Source of the DNA: Patescibacteria group bacterium
GTDB lineage: Bacteria; Patescibacteriota; Minisyncoccia; UBA6257; UBA9933
NCBI GenBank assembly: GCA_038065955.1
Contig: JBBTPY010000008.1
Coordinates: 4,697-68,696 of the forward strand
Direction: 5' to 3'
Length of the DNA stretch: 64,000 nucleotides
This document shows, one piece after another, positions 9,195 to 18,331 of the stretch. Each line of letters opens with the position of its first letter. Position 1 is the first letter of the stretch. The notes beneath the pieces are model-generated. The model saw only the letters and a program-made list of their open reading frames with translations. It was not told the DNA's origin and searched no databases. Both the position numbers and the translations under genes were made by a program.

Positions 9195-10058
9195 ATGAAA
9201 AGATTTTTTTTAATTGACGCCAATTCTTTAATTCACCGCTGTTTTCACGCTTTGCCGCCTTTTGTTTCCAAAGACGGCATGGCCACCGGCGCGCTCTACG
9301 GTTTGGCCAGCGTTCTGCTAAAAATTTTCCGCGAGCAAGCGCCGGATTATGTCGCCGCTTTTTTTGACCGGCCGGAACGGACTTTCAGAAAAGAAATGTT
9401 TGAAGAATACAAAGCTCATCGGCCTAAAGCGCCCGATGAATTAGTCAACCAAATTATTGAAGCCCGCAAATTATTCAGCCGATTCGGCGTTAAAATATAC
9501 GAACTGCCGGGCTTTGAAGCCGATGATTTAATCGGCACTGTGACGGAAAAATATAAAAACCTGCCGGACTTGAAAATCGTCATTTTAACCGGCGACTTGG
9601 ATGCGGTTCAACTGGTGGAAAACGACAAAGTGGTTGTTGAAACTTTTAAAAAGGGGATTAGTGAAACGATTATTTACAATGAAGAAGCGGCAAAAATTCG
9701 GTTCGGCGTTCTACCGAAGCAAATGCCCGATTATAAAAGCCTGGTAGGCGACCCTTCGGATAATATTTTAGGCGTGCATGGCATCGGTCCGAAAACCGCC
9801 GCGCCGCTTATTCAAAAATACGGTAATTTGGAAAATCTGCTTGAAAAAGGCCAAAAAGAAAAAGCATTCAATAAAATTAAAGAGTTTGAAGAGCAAGCCC
9901 GGCTTTCAAAAATTCTCGCCCAAATCCATTGCTCGGCTCCGCTGGAGCTCAATGGCTTGGATGAGCTGAAATACAATGGCTTGCCAAAAGAAAGTTTAAG
10001 CGATTATTTTGAAAAACTGGGTTTTAAAACATTAATTAACAGAATTAACTCGGCCTGA
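9195..10058 (+). CDS. Stand-alone 5'-3' exonuclease (Pol I N-terminal/FEN domain)
   Basis: LIDANSL, EADD, TGDLD, GDPSDNI.GV.GIGPKTA; no polymerase domain. Confidence 0.9.
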   Translation: MKRFFLIDANSLIHRCFHALPPFVSKDGMATGALYGLASVLLKIFREQAPDYVAAFFDRPERTFRKEMFEEYKAHRPKAPDELVNQIIEARKLFSRFGVKIYELPGFEADDLIGTVTEKYKNLPDLKIVILTGDLDAVQLVENDKVVVETFKKGISETIIYNEEAAKIRFGVLPKQMPDYKSLVGDPSDNILGVHGIGPKTAAPLIQKYGNLENLLEKGQKEKAFNKIKEFEEQARLSKILAQIHCSAPLELNGLDELKYNGLPKESLSDYFEKLGFKTLINRINSA

Positions 10059-10473
10059 TTACTACTTTCCTTTCTCTTTCTTCGCCAATACTCTCGGTTT
10101 TAATGTCCGGATTTTTAATAAGCTCCATATGAACCAATCGACGCTCATAAGCGTTCATTATCGGCAAAGATATTTCCTGTTTTTCAACTAAACACTTGCG
10201 CGCCGCGGCCCGCGCCAGCTCCAGAATTAAATCTTCTCTTTTTTTGCGGTAATTATTGACGTCAATCGCTCCCGCTTTTAAATTATTTTTAACGGCCATT
10301 AGTTTTAATAAATAATTAAAGACGCTGATAATCGTCGGGAGATTACTTTCGGAAACGATATCGTCATTGATAAACACCGACAAACGGTCGCCGCTCTCGT
10401 CATAATTAACCGAAAAATCCTCAAACCCCATTAATTCTATCAGTTTTTTAAAAATTTCTTGAAATTGGTTCAT
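10045..10473 (-). CDS. jag: Jag/KhpB-like R3H RNA-binding protein
   Basis: MNAYERRLVH R3H motif; downstream of yidC. Confidence 0.8.
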   Translation of the reverse strand: MNQFQEIFKKLIELMGFEDFSVNYDESGDRLSVFINDDIVSESNLPTIISVFNYLLKLMAVKNNLKAGAIDVNNYRKKREDLILELARAAARKCLVEKQEISLPIMNAYERRLVHMELIKNPDIKTESIGEERERKVVIRPS

Positions 10474-10484
10474 AATATCTTTGC

Positions 10485-11240
10485 CTATAATTTATGGTGT
10501 AATTTTTTATCTATTTCAATAAGCTTTTCATCGCTTACCGCAAGACGCTTATTTATTATTATCTGTTGAATAACCGAAAAAATGGAAGTTGTCAACCAAT
10601 AAAGGCCGATAGCGGACGGCAAAGCGCTGAAAAACAACAAAGTCATAATCGGGCCGATAAACACCATTTGGCGACTCATCTTTTCCATCTGCGTCATCTG
10701 CGCCGAATCTTTTCCATTAGTCGTTTTTGCCAAAAGCATTTTCCCCTGAAAAAACTGAGCCAAGGCGGCTAAAATCACAATCAATAAACTGCGCTCGCTC
10801 AAATCAACGACCCCTAAAAAATAATTATCCAAAACCGCGGGCTGAGCGATAAATGAATACAAATTTTTCAAAGTCTCAGCCGTGATGCCTTTTGAAAAAA
10901 CCATATAAAGAGCGAACAAAATCGGCAACTGGGCGAAAAGCAGAAAAAAAGAAGATAAGGGATTGACTTTGTGCTCCCGATAAAGTTCCATCATCGCCTG
11001 GCCTTGCTTGCCCAAATCGTCTTTATGATTTTTCTGAATTTCTTTGATTTTTGGCGCCAAACGACTGATAATCGCCTGGTCCTTGGCGCCTTTATAAAAC
11101 AAAGGCAATAAAATTATTCTGATTAAAACCGTCAGCGCGATAATGGCGACGCCTAAATCGCCAAAAGACAAATATTCGTATAAAAAAACCAGGGCGTTAA
11201 ATAAAGGATAATAAAAAATTTCGTTAAATATATTAATCAT
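10485..11240 (-). CDS. yidC: Membrane protein insertase YidC
   Basis: TVLIRIILLPL, QLPIL, LPSAIGLYW motifs. Confidence 0.93.
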   Translation of the reverse strand: MINIFNEIFYYPLFNALVFLYEYLSFGDLGVAIIALTVLIRIILLPLFYKGAKDQAIISRLAPKIKEIQKNHKDDLGKQGQAMMELYREHKVNPLSSFFLLFAQLPILFALYMVFSKGITAETLKNLYSFIAQPAVLDNYFLGVVDLSERSLLIVILAALAQFFQGKMLLAKTTNGKDSAQMTQMEKMSRQMVFIGPIMTLLFFSALPSAIGLYWLTTSIFSVIQQIIINKRLAVSDEKLIEIDKKLHHKL

Positions 11241-11249
11241 ATTATTTTA

Positions 11250-11573
11250 TTAAGCGAGAAGCCTGTTTAATTCATTTTCAATTTCCGATTTTTTAAATTT
11301 GCCGGTTGGCGGCAAAACCGTTATTAAAACATCTTTGCCGGAAATTTTATAATACCCGTTCAGCCGGATAAAATCAAAAATCGTCCTTTTAATTTTGTTC
11401 CGCCTTACCGCCGATTTAGAAACCTTGCGGCTGATCACGACCCCGAAACGACTGAAATTTAATCCGTTAGCGGCAATTTTAACAATAAAAAAATCACTCT
11501 TGCGAGCATTTATCTTTTTCCCCTTGTCTTTCAGCCAATTCTGAATTTGAAGGCGAAATTTTTTAGCAAGCAT
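11250..11573 (-). CDS. rnpA: Ribonuclease P protein component
   Basis: RFGVVISRKVSKSAVRRNKIKR; start MLAKKFRL. Confidence 0.93.
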   Translation of the reverse strand: MLAKKFRLQIQNWLKDKGKKINARKSDFFIVKIAANGLNFSRFGVVISRKVSKSAVRRNKIKRTIFDFIRLNGYYKISGKDVLITVLPPTGKFKKSEIENELNRLLA

Positions 11574-11630
11574 GCTAGCCACTAGCCGCTAGCCGCTAGA
11601 TTAAAAAATCCAATGGCTAACCGATAGTGG

Positions 11631-11765
11631 CTAAACGCTTAATTTTGCCCTTCCTTTTCTTCTCCTTCTTTTAATGACATTCCTGCCGCCGGGTTTCCGC
11701 ATTCTTTTTAAAAACCCATGCGTTCTTCTCCTTTTTCGCTTTTTCGGCTGATAAGTGACGGACAT
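11631..11765 (-). CDS. rpmH: 50S ribosomal protein L34
   Basis: Hand translation [44 protein letters not shown]; below ORF-track size cutoff. Confidence 0.95.
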   Translation of the reverse strand: MSVTYQPKKRKRRRTHGFLKRMRKPGGRNVIKRRRRKGRAKLSV

Positions 11766-11817
11766 AATTTATAATTATATATGGCTGATTTTAAAAAACA
11801 AGGGTTTTACGCCGTTA

Positions 11818-11846
11818 TTGACTAAATTTTAAAAATAAGTTATTAT
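11818..11846 (+). promoter_or_regulatory. Putative sigma70 promoter of orphan islet 1
   Basis: TTGACT-17bp-TATTAT. Confidence 0.5.
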
Positions 11847-11907
11847 ATAAAATTAAGATAGTAAATTTACAAAAAAATATGGAAATATATAGAAGGAGGT
11901 GGTTGTT

Positions 11908-12096
11908 ATGGGAAGATTAATGGGAAGATTAAAAAGATGGGGACATAAAAGCACTATTGGCGGGTTTAGCCGATTTATAAAATCAGAATTGGGGCGGACC
12001 CAAATAGACATCGCCGCCAATAAACTTAAAAAACTTCAAAAGAAAATGCGGCAAATCCAAAAATACGCCGAGAAATTCCAAAAAGGAGGTGATTGA
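11908..12096 (+). CDS. Small basic orphan protein
   Basis: AAGGAGGTG SD then ATG at 11908. Confidence 0.55.
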   Translation: MGRLMGRLKRWGHKSTIGGFSRFIKSELGRTQIDIAANKLKKLQKKMRQIQKYAEKFQKGGD

Positions 12097-12097
12097 A

Positions 12098-12637
12098 ATG
12101 AAAAGATTGTTAATGTTTGGTATTTGTTTATGTTTCTTCATTGTCGGATGCGCCACTGGGCCGCAAACGCAAAGCGAGGCGTTTCTTAATTACAATCAAA
12201 ATCCGAAAATAGGAAAAGTTGTTAATAGAGGAACTACACACTTAGAAATATGGATTAAAGACGAAGCCAGACGAATCGTTGAGCATAATTATATGGCTGG
12301 CGCCAACTTTTTAAAAATCAATAATCAGCATATCCCAAAATATTATGTTTGGGAATTAGAATTCGGCAGATACGAAATAGAATTTGTCCCATTTTACTAT
12401 GAGACGAGTATTGGCAATCTATTATTCGGAAAACCAATAAGAACGCCTCGGAAATTACAAAAACGAACATTCTATTTTTATGTAGATAAAAATCCAACTG
12501 ATTATTACGATTATGAAACCGGCGATTATTTTGGGTGGGGTATTGACCTTAACGGCGGCGATATTCCGAACGCCGCTCGCGGTTTGCCCGGAATTAATCT
12601 CCAATTTCAAGGAGAAGCATGGAGATTGCTTCAATAA
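12098..12637 (+). CDS. Orphan lipoprotein
   Basis: AAGGAGGTGAT SD; MKRLLMFGICLCFFIVG-C lipobox. Confidence 0.7.
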   Translation: MKRLLMFGICLCFFIVGCATGPQTQSEAFLNYNQNPKIGKVVNRGTTHLEIWIKDEARRIVEHNYMAGANFLKINNQHIPKYYVWELEFGRYEIEFVPFYYETSIGNLLFGKPIRTPRKLQKRTFYFYVDKNPTDYYDYETGDYFGWGIDLNGGDIPNAARGLPGINLQFQGEAWRLLQ

Positions 12638-12670
12638 AAACCGATTAGAAAATAAAGGAGGTGATAAGAA

Positions 12671-12826
12671 ATGACATTTAAAGAACAAATAAAAAGATAT
12701 CGAGAAGAAAGAGAAAAAGAATACGAGATTGATAAAAAATATCAACTATTTGCTTTGATTTTAATAGTAACAACTGTTATTTTTGTGGCCGTTGTTTTAT
12801 TAATCGCGCCGAACTGTAAATATTGA
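12671..12826 (+). CDS. 51-aa orphan single-TM protein
   Basis: AAGGAGGTGAT SD; MTFKEQIKRYREEREKEYEIDKKYQLFALILIVTTVIFVAVVLLIAPNCKY*. Confidence 0.6.
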   Translation: MTFKEQIKRYREEREKEYEIDKKYQLFALILIVTTVIFVAVVLLIAPNCKY

Positions 12827-12857
12827 CTATCTATTAAAATCAAGGAGGTGATTGAAA

Positions 12858-13490
12858 ATGCCGAAAATTAACGAAAGATTTAGTTTTTTAATAGGCGCGC
12901 TGATTGGAATTTTTTGGCTTTCTGTTATCGCGTTGATTATTATTTCATCTGGCTGCGCCGGAGCGCGAAAAACATCTCGGGAACCGCTTCACGCTGAATC
13001 AGGAGGCGGGATTACCATCTGGAAAATCCCGATTATTGGATTCGGCGGCTGGGGAACAAGCGGTGCGCCTGATGTAATCATCCACAAATACGATTACACT
13101 GCAAAACCCGCGCCAACCCCGCCCGGAGCGCCGCCGTCAATGGAAATACCGGCGCCAGTTGATTATCCGACAATCTATAACTCAACACTTAGTTATGACC
13201 CGAGCCTAGTTATATTCCGAAACGAATTTGATATGTTCCCTGTCCGGTTTCAAATTGATAATAAGCCAGAATTTCAACTTGAACCACATCAGTCAACCGC
13301 AAATATACACTTTACAAAAGGAAAACATATTGTGCGGGTTAGATTAAGTATTCCAACTGGCTTAAATGAGATATGGGAGATAAACGATATTTACACTTTC
13401 TCTATTGAAACAATAAGTTGCCCTCGTCTTATTAGTATCTCTGGCTACATTCCTTCACGCCTGTACTTTTATGAAAGGTGTCTTAATTAA
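12858..13490 (+). CDS. Orphan lipoprotein-like protein with Pro-rich linker
   Basis: AAGGAGGTGAT SD; hydrophobic segment ending SSG-C; PAPTPPGAPP linker. Confidence 0.65.
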   Translation: MPKINERFSFLIGALIGIFWLSVIALIIISSGCAGARKTSREPLHAESGGGITIWKIPIIGFGGWGTSGAPDVIIHKYDYTAKPAPTPPGAPPSMEIPAPVDYPTIYNSTLSYDPSLVIFRNEFDMFPVRFQIDNKPEFQLEPHQSTANIHFTKGKHIVRVRLSIPTGLNEIWEINDIYTFSIETISCPRLISISGYIPSRLYFYERCLN

Positions 13491-13503
13491 AACACCTTTT
13501 TAC

Positions 13504-13550
13504 GCCCCACGCTTCGCATTTAATTTGCGAAGCGTGGGGTTTTTTTGTTT
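13504..13550 (+). terminator. Intrinsic terminator closing islet 1
   Basis: CCCCACGCTTCGCA-7nt-TGCGAAGCGTGGGG-T7. Confidence 0.85.
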
Positions 13551-13578
13551 AATTTATTTGAATTTTGCGGCCAATTTA

Positions 13579-13620
13579 TAGTCCTCAAAATATCCACATA
13601 TGTGGATATTTTGAGGACTA
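13579..13620. repeat. Palindrome family 1, copy A (perfect 42 bp)
   Basis: TAGTCCTCAAAATATCCACAT|ATGTGGATATTTTGAGGACTA; related copies at 43735, 43837, 44431. Confidence 0.95.
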
Positions 13621-13715
13621 ATTTAATTTTCAATTATAATGTTGATTTTTAATAAAGATTTGATATTCTAATTTTAAAATCTAATCTTTAAATTTTAATT
13701 TCAATTTTCTAAAAA

Positions 13716-14237
13716 ATGAGCGGACATTCAAAATGGTCTAAAATAAAACATAAAAAGGGAACAGCCGACCAAAAGCGCAGCGCTTTATTTTCAAAATTCT
13801 TAAACGCCATTGCCATCGCGGCTCGCAATGAACCGAATCCACAATTCAATCCGGCTTTGCGGGCGGCCATTGAACGCGCCAAAGAAAACCAAGTGCCGCT
13901 GGAAAATATTGAAAGAGCGGTTAAAAAAGCTTCGGAAAATAAAAATTTAGAAGAATTAATCATAGAATCTTACGGCCCCGAAGGCGCGGCGATTCTCATT
14001 GAAGCCATTACCGACAACAGAAACAGGACTATTTCTGAAGTTAAAAAAATCTTGTCCGACAATGGCGCCAAATTCGCCGAACCGGGCAGCGTGTTATGGG
14101 CATTTGAAAAAACCGCGAACGGCTGGCAGGCGAAATTCAAACAAAAAATCGCCGAAAACGCCAAGGGAAAAATCCAAACCTTGATTGTTGAATTGGAAAA
14201 TCACAATGATATTCAAAAAATTCATACCAATAATTAA
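13716..14237 (+). CDS. yebC: YebC/PmpR family protein (short form)
   Basis: MSGHSKWSKIKHKKG, YGPEG, TDNRNRT. Confidence 0.93.
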   Translation: MSGHSKWSKIKHKKGTADQKRSALFSKFLNAIAIAARNEPNPQFNPALRAAIERAKENQVPLENIERAVKKASENKNLEELIIESYGPEGAAILIEAITDNRNRTISEVKKILSDNGAKFAEPGSVLWAFEKTANGWQAKFKQKIAENAKGKIQTLIVELENHNDIQKIHTNN

Positions 14238-14240
14238 ATT

Positions 14241-14714
14241 ATGATTATCCTCGGCCTTGACCCCGGCTCGGTAAGAGTCGGCTACGGCTTTATAAAAAAA
14301 CAAGGGGATGAGCTCCGATTGATTAAGGCCGGCCTCTTGAAAATTTCATCAAAAGACAAAAGCCAAAGACTCATAGAACTGGAAAAATCTTTTTCTGAAT
14401 TACTCAAAAAGCAAAATCCCGAATTAGTTGTTCTAGAAAAACTTTTTTTTATGAAAAATCTTAAAACTGCCGTGGAAGTGGCGCAAAGCCGCGGGGTCTT
14501 GACATTAATTGCCGCTAAACACAAAATACCATTATTGGAATTTTCGCCGACGGAAATAAAAATCGCCGCGACTGGTTACGGCCGGGCGGATAAAAAAGCC
14601 GTGGCGAAAATGGTTGAAAGAATTTTAGGAATTAATAAAATTAAAGCCGTTGATGATGTAAGCGACGCCTTGGCGGCGGCCATCACCGGAGCCAATTATC
14701 AAAATTATAAATAA
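14241..14714 (+). CDS. ruvC: Holliday junction resolvase RuvC
   Basis: ILGLDPG, EKLFF, GYGRADK, DDVSDALA. Confidence 0.95.
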   Translation: MIILGLDPGSVRVGYGFIKKQGDELRLIKAGLLKISSKDKSQRLIELEKSFSELLKKQNPELVVLEKLFFMKNLKTAVEVAQSRGVLTLIAAKHKIPLLEFSPTEIKIAATGYGRADKKAVAKMVERILGINKIKAVDDVSDALAAAITGANYQNYK

Positions 14715-14749
14715 CTTTAATAAATAAAGGTCGCAAATTTATTTTTAAA

Positions 14750-14911
14750 ATGAAAATTTCAGAATTAAAAACAATCGCTCTTTTAGACGATGAAGAAAGA
14801 TTTTGCCCGGATTGCGGCGAAGAAATAGAAGAAGGAGTCTGCCCGAAATGCGGATCCGCCAAGGAATTAGATAAAGAATCTCTTGACGAAGAAGAAGAAG
14901 TTGCCGAATAA
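14750..14911 (+). CDS. 53-aa acidic zinc-ribbon protein
   Basis: MKISELKTIALLDDEERFCPDCGEEIEEGVCPKCGSAKELDKESLDEEEEVAE*; followed by terminator. Confidence 0.7.
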   Translation: MKISELKTIALLDDEERFCPDCGEEIEEGVCPKCGSAKELDKESLDEEEEVAE

Positions 14912-14925
14912 ATTTCAGCGCGATG

Positions 14926-14958
14926 AAACCGCCCGTGGCTTGCCAACGGGCGGTTTTT
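14926..14958 (+). terminator. Intrinsic terminator
   Basis: AAACCGCCCGT-loop-ACGGGCGGTTTTT. Confidence 0.75.
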
Positions 14959-14973
14959 AATTATCATTTCATA

Positions 14974-17088
14974 ATGAAACGGAAAAAGCGTTTGTGGTTA
15001 AAAATATCGGCGGCGGCTTTGCTGGTTTTTTTTGGTTTAATTCTTTTTATTCTTAATGAAGTGGCGAAAATAGCCAAAGAACTCCCTGACCCGAAACAAT
15101 TTATTGTTGGCCGCCAAATAAGCCAATCAACCAAAATCTACGACCGAAGCGGCGAAGTTTTGCTTTACGAAATCTACGACAAAGAAAAAAGAACTGTTGT
15201 TCCTTTTGAGGAAATTCCCGATTACGTCAAATATGCCACCGTGGCGATTGAAGATAAAAATTTTTACAACCATCCGGCCTTTGACTGGCGGGCGATGATT
15301 CGGGCTTTAACCATTAACCTCTTAAAAGGCCGAGTGGTCCAAGGCGGCTCAACTATTACCCAGCAATTGGCCAAAAACGCCTATCTGACGCCGGAACGAA
15401 CTTTTAAAAGAAAAATTAAAGAATTAATTTTATCTTATTGGATAGAACGCTATTATTCTAAAGACGAAATTTTAAATCTCTATCTTAACCAAATTTCTTA
15501 CGGCTCCAACGCTTACGGCATTGAAGCCGCCGGACAAATTTATTTCGCCAAACCGGCAAAGGGATTAACGCTGGCGGAAGCGGCTCTTTTAGCCGGTCTA
15601 CCAAAGGCGCCGACTTATTATTCGCCATGGGGGACGCATACGGACGAACTAATGGAAAGAAAAAATTATGTCTTGGAACAAATGTTTAATTCGGGCTTTA
15701 TCGACCAAGAAGAATTAGAAAGGGCCAAAAATTATAAATTTCAGTTTGTTTCTCAAAATATCGGGACAATCCGCGCGCCGCATTTTGTAATGATGGTAAG
15801 GGATTATTTAATCAATAAATACGGCGAAGATTTTATCAAGCGCGGCGGCCTGAAAATCACCACCACGCTTGATTGGAAATTTCAAGAAGCGGCCGAAAAA
15901 ATAGTCAAAGAAGGAGCGGAACGCAATGAAAAACTATATAAAGGCAAAAACGCGGCTATGGTCGCCCAAGACCCCAAAACCGGCCAAATTCTCGCCATGG
16001 TCGGCTCCCGCGATTATTTTGACATTCAAAACGAGGGTAATTTTAATGTGGCGGCGCAAGGATTAAGACAACCCGGCTCGGCTTTTAAACCTTTTGCTTA
16101 TTTGGCCGCTTTTAAAAAAGGATACGGTCCGGAAACAATCGTTTTTGACGCGCCGACCGAATTCGTTCCTAATAATCAAAAATGTCCCGCGCTCGTCAAT
16201 TTTTCCAATCAAGAAAAAGAGTGCTATCATCCGGAAAATTTTGATAAAAAATATCGCGGGCCGATAAGCTTCCGCGACGCTTTGCCGCAATCAATCAATG
16301 TAGTCGCGGTTAAGGCTCTTTATTTAGCCGGCGTCGAAGAAACCGTTAAAATCGCCGGAGATTTGGGCATTACCACACTAGAGAACCCTTGGCGATACGG
16401 ATTATCTTTGGTTCTGGGCGGCGGCGAAGTCAAATTAACAGACTTAATTAACGCCTACGCGACCATCAGTCAAAACGGCATAAAACATAATCAAAAAATA
16501 ATTGTCAAAATAGAAGATTTAAGCGGTCAAATTATTGAATCGTCTTCCGACCAAGCCGTTCAAGCGATTGAACCCCAATACGCCCAATTATTAAACGATG
16601 TTTTATCCGATGAAGGGGCGCGGAGAAATTTTTATCAAAATTCCGATTTAATAAATTTCGGCGACCGCCAAGTGGCGCTCAAAACCGGCACCAGTGACGA
16701 TTATCGCGACGCATGGACAATCGGTTATACGCCATATTTGACCGTTGGTGTCTGGGCCGGCAATAATAATCAACAATCAATGGCGAGAGGGACCAGTCTT
16801 TCGGCCGCTCTTCCAATTTTAAGCGCTTTTATGAAAGAAGTTTTTGTTAATTTTCCGGCCGAAACCTTTAATAACCCGACAATTGAAGAAAAATCCGAAA
16901 AAACAATGCTAGACGGCGAATATAAAAACCAAAACGGCGAGATTCATAATATTCTTTATTACACGGATAAAAATAATCCGCTCGGTCCGGAACCGCTTAA
17001 CCCGGCGGATGATCATCAATTTAATAATTGGGAAACCGCAGTTCAAAACTGGCTCCAAAATCAACTTTTAATGGGCATTAAAATGTAA
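14974..17088 (+). CDS. Class A penicillin-binding protein (transglycosylase-transpeptidase)
   Basis: EDKNF, GGSTITQQLAKN, SAFK, SIN, KTG motifs; likely start MKRKKRLW. Confidence 0.93.
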   Translation: MKRKKRLWLKISAAALLVFFGLILFILNEVAKIAKELPDPKQFIVGRQISQSTKIYDRSGEVLLYEIYDKEKRTVVPFEEIPDYVKYATVAIEDKNFYNHPAFDWRAMIRALTINLLKGRVVQGGSTITQQLAKNAYLTPERTFKRKIKELILSYWIERYYSKDEILNLYLNQISYGSNAYGIEAAGQIYFAKPAKGLTLAEAALLAGLPKAPTYYSPWGTHTDELMERKNYVLEQMFNSGFIDQEELERAKNYKFQFVSQNIGTIRAPHFVMMVRDYLINKYGEDFIKRGGLKITTTLDWKFQEAAEKIVKEGAERNEKLYKGKNAAMVAQDPKTGQILAMVGSRDYFDIQNEGNFNVAAQGLRQPGSAFKPFAYLAAFKKGYGPETIVFDAPTEFVPNNQKCPALVNFSNQEKECYHPENFDKKYRGPISFRDALPQSINVVAVKALYLAGVEETVKIAGDLGITTLENPWRYGLSLVLGGGEVKLTDLINAYATISQNGIKHNQKIIVKIEDLSGQIIESSSDQAVQAIEPQYAQLLNDVLSDEGARRNFYQNSDLINFGDRQVALKTGTSDDYRDAWTIGYTPYLTVGVWAGNNNQQSMARGTSLSAALPILSAFMKEVFVNFPAETFNNPTIEEKSEKTMLDGEYKNQNGEIHNILYYTDKNNPLGPEPLNPADDHQFNNWETAVQNWLQNQLLMGIKM

Positions 17089-18185
17089 AACCACGAAGCG
17101 TCATCCGGTGATTTAACCAGCGCCGGCTTACTGGAATTATTCAGCCCGAAAAAAATATTTTCCGATTTTAAATTTTTCGCGCCCTCCAAAAGAAATCGCC
17201 AATTAAATACCACTTCCATTTGTTCAGCTGCGCCCTTAATTTTGGCGGGAATTAAATATTTATTTTCCCCCAAGTTTTGATTAAAAGAAAATAATTCAAT
17301 ATTTTTATTATTTTCTTTAATAATTAATTTAATCTCATTAAGGCGGTCGCTAAAAAGACCGGTTAATTTAACAGCATTGATTAATTCATCTTTATTTAAA
17401 TTTAATTCAACCTCGAATGTTTTAGGGATAATCTGTTGATATTCCGGAAATTCGCCACTAATCAATCTGGATATTATCTCGGTATTTTCGGTTTTAAAAA
17501 GAATCTGATTGGAGTCGAAATAAATTTTTACGCTTCCGTTTTCATTTATTTGAAGTTCTTTTACGACTTCTTGAATGGTTTTTATCGGAATAATAATTTT
17601 AAAACCCGCGCTGAAATTAGATTCAAATTGAGTATTATTAATTGTTTTTTCCGATAATCTAAAACCATCCGTCGTTGTTAATTTTAAAATAGTGCTTTGA
17701 TAATCAAATAAAACTCCATTAAGTTCCGGCCGGCTATTATTTAAATTTATTGAATTAATTACAGAAATTAAAGCGTCTTTTAAAATTAAACCGGAAATTT
17801 CCATATAATTTGAATTGTTTTTAATTTTTGGAATAATCGGGAATTCTTCTTTTTTTAATCCCTGAATTTCCGCGGAATAATTATCTGTTTTAATTAATAA
17901 TTTATTATTTTGAGTTAATTCCAGATTTATTCTTTCTGATTGAAGATTATTAATTATTGAATTAAAAATATTTAAAGGAATACTTAAACCGCCGTTCTCT
18001 ATAATTTTCCCTGAAATAAAATTAATAATCGCTAATTCCAAATTAGTGGCCGATAATTTTATTTTATTATCAAACGATTCAATTAAAAAATTTTTCAATA
18101 TCGGCAAATTTGAATTGTCTTCAACAGCTTTTTCAATCGCTCTTAATCCGTCTTTTAAATTTTTTTTAAGAATTATAAATTTCAT
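17061..18185 (-). CDS. dnaN: DNA polymerase III beta clamp
   Basis: LSATNLE, TDGFRL, RLISGEFPEY, YILMP. Confidence 0.96.
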   Translation of the reverse strand: MKFIILKKNLKDGLRAIEKAVEDNSNLPILKNFLIESFDNKIKLSATNLELAIINFISGKIIENGGLSIPLNIFNSIINNLQSERINLELTQNNKLLIKTDNYSAEIQGLKKEEFPIIPKIKNNSNYMEISGLILKDALISVINSINLNNSRPELNGVLFDYQSTILKLTTTDGFRLSEKTINNTQFESNFSAGFKIIIPIKTIQEVVKELQINENGSVKIYFDSNQILFKTENTEIISRLISGEFPEYQQIIPKTFEVELNLNKDELINAVKLTGLFSDRLNEIKLIIKENNKNIELFSFNQNLGENKYLIPAKIKGAAEQMEVVFNWRFLLEGAKNLKSENIFFGLNNSSKPALVKSPDDASWFYILMPIKS

Positions 18186-18331
18186 CTATTACTATATTTA
18201 TAATATAAATTAATTAGTAGTAATAGTAGTATTGTTTAAGTTTGTGGAAAAATTAAAAAACAATATATTTCTACTGAATTAAATTTATTTTATTTAATTA
18301 ATTATTTGTGAATAAAGTGTTAAAAAGAATA
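18186..18331. other. Probable oriC unwinding region (dnaA-dnaN intergenic)
   Basis: TAG-TAG-TAA-TAG-TAG-TAT trios 18215-18232 next to TGTGGAAAA (18243) and TGTGAATAA (18307); very AT-rich; gene orientation and C/G bias switch nearby. Confidence 0.75.

Noticed and set aside
14683-14967. 94-aa minus-strand ORF
   Set aside because: The plus-strand 53-aa zinc-ribbon ORF with leader motif and terminator is the better call
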